Below, piece by piece: positions 37,476 to 48,563 of a DNA stretch of 64,000 nt; the first letter of the stretch is position 1; every line of letters starts with the position of its first letter. The position numbers were made by a program, and so were the translations under genes. Source of the stretch: Pseudogymnoascus verrucosus (lineage: Eukaryota); NCBI GenBank assembly GCA_001662655.1, contig KV460251.1; one strand, written 5' to 3'. The notes under the pieces are model-generated. The model saw nothing but the letters and a program-made list of their open reading frames with translations. It was not told the DNA's origin and searched no databases.

Positions 37476-37750
37476 TGATTAACGACTTGCTCCCAGGAGA
37501 CCGAGCTATTATGACAGACTAATGGGAGAAGTATAAATCGGATACACGACAACAGAAGGGACAGTATATGGAACCACAGCAGAAAGCCAAGCAAATGCTG
37601 TTGGAGACTGCGAGCAGTCAGTCACTTCTTCCACAATCACAAAAGGCTCTGTATTTCCAAGATACTCAGATCATTTATGTCACGATGCCTGGAGATCCAC
37701 ATGAAATCGCCGCGACGAGGTTTTGCGTTTACCTAGATCAAAAGCTAGGT
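37476..37750 (+). pseudogene. Possible decayed fragment of a fungal multicopy protein family (IVxMPxxxHE motif)
   Basis: The frame contains an internal TAA upstream of GQYM...ALYFQDTQIIYVTMPGDPHEIAATRFCVYLDQKL and then breaks off. The family resemblance is from memory, not from a search. Confidence 0.35.
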
Positions 37751-38135
37751 GGTGCCGCGGCTGTCCCACCCACGACTGTCTCCTCCACGTGTTGATGTTG
37801 TTGTCGATTTAGAGAATCGTTGCTGGAGGGGATGGAGCTACCTATGATAGGGCACTCTTTAGTGTCGGTGAATGTTGACTGATTATGGGCCTGCGTTGCC
37901 AATATATACCCTCGAACGTTCGTCTAGTATCCATACCAGGATAGATCGTATTTCGCCCTGTCAGCCTCTTTAATAGATATTTGCACATCGAATCTGGGAA
38001 AGTTGCAATTCGTCATATAAAGTTGATGGCTTATATTTTATATACATTTCAAACATAAAACTCTGTGTGGCAATCCGGCTACAAGTCTCAAGGACCGTTA
38101 ACCTCCGCCTTTTGAAACCCCAATCAAACTCGAAT

Positions 38136-40478
38136 TTAATCAAGAACCTCCTTCTTATCCATCCACGTCGGCTGTATACTCTCACAAACCCCCCTATAAT
38201 CCTCAAACACCCCCCCACCCCCCTCCACCCCCTCCCTCGTCCAAAACATCGTCCACCCACTCCCCGGCAGTCTCCACGTCCCCCGACTCCTCTCAAAATA
38301 CCACTTATTCACCGGATTACTCGACCGACTGCGCCAGCACAAGCCCTCAGGGAAACAATCCCTCACCATCGCCTTGAACACCACATCCGCCACCCCTCCA
38401 CTCCCCTGGCTCCGCTTCAGCACCGCAAGCTTGTCGAGGTACGGCACCCAGCGTCCTTCGGCCTCGGGGCTATCGGGGTCGATGCCGGGGGGTAGCTCCC
38501 AGGTGAGGAGCGCACCGCCTTCGTATTCTCCGGCGATGATGACGCCGGCTATGCGTCGGTCTACGCGCGCGAGGTAGGCGGGGACGTCGAGTTTCCGGTC
38601 GAAGGAGTCGTTGATTAGGTGGACGAGGCGGGGGAGGTCGATGCGTGCGTCTCTGAGGCTGAGGCCGGGGTTGTTTCGGCTGGGAGGACGCCAGGGGTGT
38701 ATGCGCGGGTCGGGGAAGATGGTGACGGGCATACCGCGCTTGGCGAAGGTGGTGTGACAAGCTGTTGCTGGTGTGGTTGCAGATGGGGAGGTAGGGTTAG
38801 TGGGGCCGAGGCGGCTGGGGGGGAGGGAGGAGGAGAAAACAGGCTTGTCGGTGAGGAGATTGTGGATTAAAGGGTTGCGGTGAGACCGGGTGCCGACGCC
38901 TGTTGTGAGCGCTGGGGAGGAGGAGCGGTTCCCTGAGTTGGCGGCTTCGGTGGGGGTTGTGAGGAGGGCGGAGGAGGTGGGGGGGAGGATGGAGAGGACT
39001 TTGCGGACTAGTTCGAGGTTGTTTAGGTGGATGGTGCTGGCGCTTGAGAGGCCTTGGGAGAGGTCTGAGGTGGCGAGGGCTTCGGGTGAGGGCGTTGGTG
39101 CGCCGAATTCGGTTTCGACGAATTGGGAAAAGGGATTGCTTTTTCCCAGGTCTGTAACTTTGGAAGATTTAGACGTACTGGCAGAATTTTGTGTGCTTGG
39201 TAGTCCATGGGCGCTCAGGAGGTCGATCTTCACCACCTCGTACTCTTGCTCCATGTTGAGGAAAACATGGTAGCCATTTGGTCGCTGGGAACTAGGAATT
39301 CCACCCAGTGGGTCGATGATAATGAGACGATCCAGTAACACCTGGCTTCGTAACGATCTTAGCTTCTCTCTCGTCTCGTTTGGGTCTTCCTCCGGGGCTG
39401 GAGGCTCATTAAACCCGAAGCCAGCAAATTCGCGGGTGAGGGCGAGAACAACATCGTCGGCCTTGACCGGAACTGCCTGCTGAGATACATCTGTGTATCC
39501 TATGCACGCAATGACGGGTATAATCCCCCTCAATAGAGGGGTCATAAGAAGCTTCCTGTAACGAATATGAGTCCGGCCCCCAAAATCCGATAGAGGCTGG
39601 TGTGGCAGGTCCTTTTCGAGGACACCAATAATATTATCTTCCTTCCGTGCTCCTGGCACTGATTGTGCATCAATAGCATCCACAATCCTGTCAACTTGTT
39701 TCATCACGAGGGCCTTCCAATGCGGATCAGTCCTGCCATTATCGCCATTGGAAGGAATGCCGCAGTCCACAACAACAGTACTGATCATGCCAAGCTTTGC
39801 CAATTGTGATAAAGTTCTTGCGACTCCGTTAAGATTTTCGTCATTCATCTCCTGAGGTGCCCTGATCTTGACCAATGCAACGTGTTGCGGGCCATTTTGT
39901 AGTCGAGAGGTAAAGTCGGTGTAGGGTTCCTGTACGAATCGTGGGCTATTTTCCACCGCCCGAGATCCATAAAAGCTTCCTAGGTTCACGCCACCATGAC
40001 TTCGTGGTGACCCAGCTAATTTCTTTGTTGTCCGCGACGAAGATGGTTCCGCCTTTTGTGAAGTTTCTTTCGGAGGAGCGAAATGTTTGACGTAAGCTCG
40101 AGTGTCGCGCTTCGTCGTCGTTGACCCGAGAATGGAGAGAAAAAAGTCCTAGAATAGAGTCAGATATATAGAAATATAGGGAATGCACTTGAATTATTAC
40201 CCTATTTGCGAATTTATCATGCTTTGCTCCATTCCCTTTTGGTTTTACGTCAGTGTTGTCCACCTTCTCGGGACCGTCTTCTTTCTTTAGGCGGGGACAT
40301 GCTGTCGATAGACATCGGATGCCTTTACTTTCTCGAGATGCCTCTTTAGCTGCTTTCAAGCTACAGGAGTGCTTCCAAAGTTAGAATCATTCATCGAAGC
40401 TCAGTGTAACATTGTCTGACTCACCTGTAGACCAGCAGCAAGCCTGGTACTTTTGAACGCCAGGCTCTGTCCGTTCAT
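38136..40478 (-). CDS. ARG2: Mitochondrial N-acetylglutamate synthase (amino-acid acetyltransferase), 3 exons
   Basis: ATG at 40478. DFFLSILGSTTTKRDTRAYVKHF, HVALVKIRAPQ, DPLGGIPS, NPLIHNLLTDKP, PYLDKLAVLKRSQGSGGVADVVF and WRSRSSNPVNKWYFERSRGTW (NAT/DUF619 domain). Confidence 0.93.
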
Positions 40479-40810
40479 AATGCGTGCCCCAGGAAGGCCA
40501 AATTAAATATTATCACGAATGAAGCATTGTAACGTAAACACAAGAACTAGAGCGGTGTATAAGCACGAGAGAGTCAATTGTGCCGAGGGTGCGCCATTTT
40601 CACAATTTGGGGCTTCATATCAACAGCCCACCTCCGATAAGGACCTTGTTTGCAATGTTTGCTCTGTTTCCTCGGCTTCCCCCAAAACGCAAGGCTGAGT
40701 GCACGGACTCTGGACATTTGTACCCTGAGCATCTCATACAACAATTCATGAAGCTACGCAGCATTTGAGCATTTGGCTTGGAATTACTCGCAGCTCGAGG
40801 CGCTGATGCG

Positions 40811-41773
40811 ATGCCGATTTGCATCGAGTGTCGGTATCCGGTGAAGACGCTCTACACCGAATATTCAGGCGCTGATGACAAGTCGACCGGTCATGGAGTG
40901 CGACTTACAGTATGCAAGAACTGTGGGCGCTTCTGTGACAAATATGTCGAGCATGACTTTGTCGTGCTGTTTATAGACTTGGTTCTGATCAAACCGCAAG
41001 TATGTATTTATGCTGGATCCGTCCTCAATGCGGTTGCTAATGCGCCCGACCAGGTTTATCGACATCTTCTCCATAACTCCCTTATGCGCGCCGATGATCA
41101 GTTTGATGTGAGCAATCCATATCCTCCTCTTAACAATCCCATCGCTAACTAACCATAGCGCTCTATAATACGACTCGGCATCCTTCTTCTACTATTCGAT
41201 GTATATCTAACCTGGGCGCGCATTGAGAAGGCCGCACCCACATCCTCCGCCCCCGAAGCATCCAACTTCGGCCGTCTCGCCCAGCAACCTATCGGCATAC
41301 AGTACATATTCTTCCTGGTCCTCTGCGCCCTCTCGACACTTGCCTTCCACCTTTCGATCCGCTTCCTGACGTCCTCCCGGCTATCCCCCCTCCACTTCCT
41401 GGGCCTCTTGCCGACCTATCCGCGACCGAATTCTGTCTCCACAGCTCTCCTCGTGAGCTCAAGCACGAAATTGTTTCCTATATTGATGGTAATATGGGAG
41501 TATGATGTGCCTGCTGCAGCGAGGAGTTTGGGATGGGCGGTTGTAGCGAATAATATCGAGGCGCTGAAGATCTTGCTGGATTGCGGATATGTCCCTGCAG
41601 CGATTCTGGCCGCGGTGGGTGCAGTGAGCAGATGGCTTGTTGCGAGAGGAATTCTGTGGGTTGTTGGGCTAGAAGGGCTTGATAGTGGGTGGGAGACTCC
41701 CAGCGATGGGAAGGCATTTTGGAGTGCAATTGGGATGGCTAGGGAATGGGGCGGGAGACTGGGCGGGTTATGA
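40811..41773 (+). CDS. ARV1: Arv1 sterol homeostasis / GPI-GlcNAc-transferase-associated ER protein, 3 exons
   Basis: MPICIECRYPVKTLY...RLTVCKNCGRFCDKYVEHDFVVLFIDLVLIKPQ-VYRHLLHN (Arv1 homology domain). Introns ~41000-41053 and ~41108-41158. Confidence 0.93.
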
Positions 41774-42086
41774 TTATGAAACAGCAATTCAACTATATTT
41801 CTTGAACGACTGACATGACTGTTGCTCTGGGTCACTTTGGCGTCGTCTTCACCATTGGGCCGTCCTTATCATCCTGAAAGTAGTGGGACATGAGGCAAAG
41901 GAAGTCGATGCTATAATGGTATCATTTCTTGGCTTCAGGCTCCAGGCTCAAGCCCGCGACGACCCTAACTCAAAACGCGGCATGCCTATTAATACATAAA
42001 AGTGACAGCGCTGAATACGTCGTGTCCATAACGCCCCTGGTAGTTCTCTGTAGCTTCTAGCAGCTTAACTCTATACATTCCCCATG

Positions 42087-42523
42087 TCAATGCGACGCAT
42101 ATTCCGGCCGCAGGTCGCTTCTTTTGGGGTTGATGAGAGGGTGTAGCTGGGCGAGGAAGGTGATAGCTGTTATACCCCATTAGCACATGTACTGTAGAGT
42201 AGCAGAGGAGAGAGTCAGAGTTCATACCCCACATAATGTAGCAACTGGCGAAGGAGAGGATCAAGGTGCTGCGCCAGACACTGTAATGATTCAGTCAGCG
42301 GTTGCTTTGCCCACAAAATACAGCGGCGGACATGAGGGATACATACGTTTGATTCTCACCCTTCGGAGATAAGAACCAGGCTGCAACGCAGGCCAGGACA
42401 ATGACGACGAAGCCGATGAATATGCTCCAGCTAGACAGTCGAAGCAATCAGTAACCATTATTCCAAGGGGGTATCGCTCCTGCTCGGAGCAACTATTCCA
42501 TATCAAACTTACCTGCCTGCCAT
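42087..42523 (-). CDS. VMA9: V-type proton ATPase subunit e (75 aa), 4 exons
   Basis: Exons 42513-42523, 42347-42430, 42228-42280 and 42087-42166 (228 nt) with canonical introns give MAGSWSIFIGFVVIVLACVAAWFLSPKGENQTVWRSTLILSFASCYIMWAITFLAQLHPLINPKRSDLRPEYASH*, the subunit e signature. Confidence 0.95.
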
Positions 42524-42728
42524 CTTGGCTATTTGATTGAGCAGAGCGAGGAATGGGATATATCCTCTAAAGTTCACGAGTTCATGTATTAGCAGGACGT
42601 CGAGAGCTCAAGGCCCCGGCTGGCTTGGCATCTACTGTTAAACCACGTGATATGCGATAAGGTCCTTATCAGCAACGACGTTAATTGAAGACGCGGTTCC
42701 AGACCATGGATAACGCGACGTACGTGCC

Positions 42729-45700
42729 ATGGCTACAATTAAGGCCATAGAAGGCCGAACGGTAAGCGGTGCCTTGGAAAGAATAAGAATTTCACTAACA
42801 TTCTGGGATGTAGATACACCAGATTCAATCTGGGCAGGTCATAGTAGATTTATGCTCTGTTGTGAAGGAGCTGGTGGAGAATAGCCTTGATGCCGGAGCT
42901 TCAAGTATTGGTAATTTGACCAGTATTCCCATAATAAATGAATGTTGCTCATGTATTTCGTGTTGCAGAAGTGCGGTTCAAAAATCAGGGCTTGGAGTCA
43001 ATCGAGGTACACGATAATGGCGCTGGCATCACATCTCAGAATTATGAGACTATTGCCCTGAAGCACTACACGTCGAAGCTGTCAACCTATGCCGATTTAA
43101 CGACACTACATACATTCGGCTTTCGCGGCGAAGCGCTATCCTCATTATGTGCGCTGTCGGACTTCACCATTACAACATGTACAGCTGAAGATGCACCCAA
43201 GGGCACAAAGTTGGATTTCGAAGTGTCGGGGAAGCTGAAGGGAACGAGCGTTGTCGCGGCACAGAAAGGCACCACTGTGACGGTGGAGAACCTGTTTAAT
43301 AATCTGCCCGTCAGAAGGCGAGAGCTAGAGAGGAATATCAAGCGCGAATGGAACCGTGTCGTTACTGTTCTGGGGCAGTACGCTTGCATACAGACTGGTG
43401 TCAAGATCAACGTTACTCAGCAGGCCGGGAAGGGCAGGAAGACAACCGTCTTTGCGACAAAGGGAAATCCTACGACGAGAGAGAACATAGCCAATGTCTT
43501 CGGCGCAAAGACCCTGGTTGCCCTTGTCCCGCTGGACCTGAACCTGGAACTCGAGCCCTCAAGCGGCCCAAGTCAACGTTGGAGTACGCAGGATGACGAT
43601 GGCACGAAGGAAATCCGCATAGTCGGCCATATTTCGAAACCTATATCCGGTGAGGGTCGACAGTTGCCAGACAAGCAAATGTTCTTCGTCAACTCACGGC
43701 CCTGCGGGCTGCCACAAGTTGCCAAGGCATTCAACGAGGTGTACAAGTCATACAATAATAACCAGTCGCCGTTCATATTCGCGAATATCGAGTTGGATAC
43801 GCATCTTTACGATGTTAATGTCAGCCCTGATAAACGCACCATTATGCTGCACGAGCAGAATAGCATGTTGGAGCAGTTGAAGCTGTCTCTGACGGAGTTG
43901 TTCGAGAAGCAAGATTACGCTGTGCCCGTCTCGCAGCTGTCATCCCAGAAGCAGCCGGCGTATAAGCAGCTGACCATTAATCGAGAGCCACCCTCTACTC
44001 CAAGTGCCAGGCCGACAGCCCCTGCGATGCGGGAAGTGGCAGAAGAAACTGACGAAGAATCTGCTCCAGGTGAGGATCAAAGCATAGGTGGTGAAGACGA
44101 GCAGGCTGGCGAACCCAGGAACGGCGAATTAGAGGTCCGCGAGGAATCACGAGATGTCGCGAACCGAGATAGGGGTGCTATAGACTTGATGGCCAAGTGG
44201 CACGAAGCCAAAACGAAAGACAGAGCCATTCAGGGCGAGACTCGCAGTAAGGCTCGTACTACTGAGAAAGCTGATGGTCCTTCCAAGGATAAGTTGAGAC
44301 TTAGTAAGAGGTTGTCTAGGGAAGGAGAAATGGACGATGAAGCTTCTGATATCGTGGGGGATGACGGTTCTGAGCATGGCAGCGCGGATGAGATGCCTGA
44401 CAGATCTCACCAGCTCCCAGTGCCTGTTCGGGATTTCAATGCGAGGCTGGCCGAAGCAGAACATGGTGGACAAGAAGCCAATGGCTATAAACCCCCGCGG
44501 CCTATATCCCACGATGATCACATTCCTTCCCTTGCGTCTCCAACAAGACGCCCAGCCCCTGGCACCGGTAGTATCATCTCAAAGCATGTCCGGCCTAGGA
44601 GGATGTCAGAAGAAACCGCTACTATCACAATCGGCGACCATACAACTGTTAGCTCCATTGGAACTCCACGCCCAAAGAAAAGGCGGTTGGAACCGCCATC
44701 GTCAAATGTTGCTCAGCAAGACTCAACACCATCATTTGGAAGTCGCCTCTCGCAAAGATTCGCGGCACATGGGGCGGATATAGAGCAAATCGATAGCTCA
44801 ATGGATCAAGATGAGGAATCGGTTGGAGAGGAGATAGAAGAAGAGCAAGACGAGGGAGTGGAAGAGGAAGAGGAACTCGAGGAGGAAGTAGGGGAAGCCG
44901 GAGAAGAAGAGGAGTACCCGGAAGGCTTAGAAATGGAGCATTCTTCAGAAATGGAGCCAGAGGAACCCGTTGAAGCGCCAGCCGAAGAATACGAAGAAGA
45001 AATCCTAGATGAGGGTGGAAATGAAATGGATACTGCCGAAGACTTAGCTTCTATGGTCGATAACCAAGATGGCGATTACATGGATGAAGAGGATAAGAAA
45101 GCCTTGGAGGACGCAAAAGTTCAGGAAATGATCAAGGCCGCCGAAGAGGTAGCTAGCCGGCCGTCAGCAGACAACGAGAAGCGAGCCAATTCTTTGCTCA
45201 AAAACGACGCTCGACGAAAAGATGCTACTGTGCATCTTGTTAAGAATCTCAATACAACTGTTGACGCAATCGCACAGCAAATGCAGAACCTCAACGAGTC
45301 ATTGGTCCACTTTGAAGCCTCGGAACATTTCGAAGAACCTAGTGCTTCAGGAATAGATTCCGTGAACGCCGAAGAGAAACTCTCTCTGACCATCCATAAG
45401 TCAGACTTCGCGAAGATGAAAATTATCGGCCAATTCAACCTTGGATTTATCCTAGCTTCAAGAACGTCGCACGGATCTGATTCGACTAACAAAGCATCTG
45501 ATGATGTTTTCATCATCGACCAGCATGCTTCTGACGAAAAATACAACTTTGAACGCCTCCAAGCTTCGACTACCGTCCAATCCCAGCGACTCGTCCAGCC
45601 GAAACCACTCTCTCTAACCGCTGTCGAGGAAGAAATTGTGATAGAGCACCTGGACGTATTGGAAACTAACGGCTTCTTACTGAGCATCGATCATGACGCA

Positions 45701-46102
45701 CCAGTAGGCGAACGCTGTCATCTCGTTGCTCTTCCACTGAGTCGCGAGACTACGTTCTCACTGTCTGATCTCGAGGAGCTGATTGTGCTTCTCACTGAGA
45801 CGCCGCCAGGGCAGATACCAAGACCGAGCAAAGTGCGGAAGATGTTTGCGATGAGAGCGTGTCGGAGCAGTGTTATGATCGGACGGACTTTGACGACGAA
45901 ACAGATGGCAAAGCTGGTGGGGCATATGGGGGAGATCGACAAGCCATGGAATTGCCCGCATGGAAGGCCAACAATGAGACACCTCTGTGGATTGGGCGGA
46001 TGGGACGAAGAAGGATGGAAAGAGGGGCAGGGTGTGGATGGAGACAAAGATGGGGAAACAGATTGGAATGCGTATGTGAGGCGCAAGAAGAGAACGAATT
46101 AA
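42729..46102 (+). CDS. PMS1: MutL-alpha endonuclease subunit Pms1 (human PMS2), 3 exons
   Basis: [64 protein letters not shown] endonuclease motif, ACR and CPHGRP. Introns 42762-42813 and 42911-42968. Confidence 0.96.
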
Positions 46103-46348
46103 AGAGCAATGGCTGGAAAATAGGGCGGTACTTTGGCTAACAGGTTTTTTGGACGATTATTCCTCAAATCTTCGATACCCCAGTTCAGATAGCAGTTTCT
46201 TAGTCTCTCTATTTCCTACATAGCTACTGTAGCTAAGCAATGACCCAAAGTAACAACAATACATTATCCTAACACCCGCTCAGCCAATACCGGGCCATTT
46301 CGCATTCCAAACTCCCAAACATGAACTCCTAACTCTCCCATGACCCGA

Positions 46349-48309
46349 TTAAATCCCGCTGATTTTCCTAAATCTAGCTCCCCATCCGCCACGTCCCTCC
46401 TCGGCAATCTTCCCACTCACATCCCTCATTCCATCTCCAGTTGGTACGCCCATATCAATGCCGGAGCTCACCTGTCGTCCCTTCACGCCGCTCACGAGCG
46501 TAGGTGGGGTACCCGCGCGTAACTCTCCGTAGTACCGCGCCTTGAACCCAACGGAACCCTTAACAATGCCATCTCTGTCACTGCTGTGTCCGACAACCCC
46601 CTTTCCAGCAGCTCCAGGCCGTACGAGCGGCTGTGGCGTCAATTCCCTGTACTCTGACTGCCCCGTAGGCTCAACGGTTGCCTCGTCATAGTATCCGCGC
46701 TGAGGGCCATTGATATCTGCCACATCTCCGCTGTAGCTGCTGCTCCCTGTAGTAAAATTGCGATTGAGTGATATCTCCCCTAATGCGGAATCTCGGTTAA
46801 GGGCAGAAACGCGTTGTCCTGCAGCGATGGGGTGCGCGCTGAGCGGGTTGGCAGATACAGTAGATGAACCAACATCTGAGTCGAAATCGGCATCGTTAAT
46901 GTCTTCGTAAGTCCCAAAGCCATCACGTAGTGGAGTATACGCAGATTGTGGACGAGCCTTTGTTGGGGATCTGGCGGACTTAACTGGGCTAGGTGGCTGG
47001 CTGTAGCGGTTGCGAGGGAGAGAGTCGCTGCTATACCAGTTTTCGTTTTGGACACCAGCATATTGATCTGCGAGATCTTGGGTGTTCACTGGGGCATAGG
47101 AGCCGCGCTTAGGGGAAACCGAGGGAAGAGAAGATTGAGATGCGCGCTTCAGATCCGACATCGAGGCACGGGGTGAACTGGTGGTCGGTATCTGATACTG
47201 ACGGCTGGGGAGGTCAAGCCTAGAGTCTCGTGGCGATGAGGACGTGGGTATCGAGTAGTATGTCGAGAAAGATGTGCCGGAGTTGTTGCGTGTGTGCATG
47301 AAAGGCACCATGGGAGGCTGTGCGAGGTCCTCATAAGGAGGGGCTCCAGAGCCAGCTACTGATTGCTTGGACTCACGCTTGTCGTCATACATCGACATTG
47401 TAGAGACAGAAGACTTGTTGCGCTTGTGGGCTCTGGAAGTGAGATTGCTTTCCAATGGGTTCATGTCTGGAGGAAGGTTGACAATTTTGCGGAACAGGAC
47501 GAAGAGCCAGATTGAGAGTATCAGGGTTATGAAATGGAAGATGGCGCTGACCCCGAAGCATAGAACTGCGGAGAAAAAGAGCGTCTTCATGACATATGGG
47601 CCGCCATCCTGAAGTATTGGCCAAGTCGACCAGGTTGCGACTGAGTCTGTTGATTCCCAGAGACCGTTCTTTGGATCCCATCTATAGTATGCCGTAGTTG
47701 TGCTAAAGGCGTAAAACGCCATAATCGAAGCATCGCACAGGCTGGCAAATAGCATGTATGAGGCAGATGAACCTGGCGTTCGACCGGAAGGTTTGCGGGA
47801 TAAGTGATAAATGCCGTATGATGTATGCAAAATGGATATACCAGGCTGCAATGAGTTGTTAGTGACTATAAAAAAACAGATTGCAGATAGTTTCTCACCA
47901 CTATTCTCATAATCCAGCCCATCTGAGTGTCGACACCAGTGATCAAGACCATAGTAGTCAGAGCTCCAATTGCGCCTAGTAATTGAAAGATCCTGAAGAA
48001 CAACACAGCCATCCTAGTTTCTGTAATTCGACCCTTCATCGATGCGCTCACTCTTGCGCCGGTAGCCTTTCCAGAAGGCATTACGAGGTAGGAGCTGTTT
48101 GAATGTCAGTCATGCAAATCACCTGGGACAGAGCCTAGAACATACTCGGGATGTCTGTTGAAAGATACCAGAGGGCCATCCTTCTTTGGTTTTTGTGGTT
48201 GCGACTGCATACTTGATCTTGATACCGCCTTTGGGTCAAACTCTTTGTACGAATACCTCGTCGTGTCCTTCTTAACAGCGTCGTAAATGAAAGGCGGCTC
48301 GACACCCAT
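46349..48309 (-). CDS. Uncharacterised ~4-TM membrane protein with a long Ser/Pro-rich cytosolic tail, 3 exons
   Basis: ORFs 48106-48309, 47866-48081 and 46349-47851 join through introns ~48096-48145 and ~47846-47899. Hydrophobic segments are followed by LPPDMNPLESNLTSR. The topology is MARVEL-like, but the family is not confirmed. Confidence 0.8.
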
Positions 48310-48563
48310 GGCTATCGAGGAGGCGGAGCGCTGTCGGATCGACTAGATGATATTCTGACGTCTCCGGGCTTAATTGAGTTGTATATATATGGCAATCTGT
48401 CATATGCCATAAGAATAGAGTACCTTGCTATAGCAGTATTTTGGTGTGGGGTGGAGTCGTGTAACCCGCTCGGCAGTAAACATCCGTTGTCGCAGCAACA
48501 AGCGCCCTCTATCACAATCAACCTCTTATCGGGATTTTTTGGTTTCGGGCGAGCCGCTCCCTC

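Noticed and set aside
42505..42515. AAACTTACCTG resembling the U1 snRNA 5' end
   Set aside because: It is the reverse complement of the VMA9 intron 1 donor, and no U1 stem-loops or Sm site follow.
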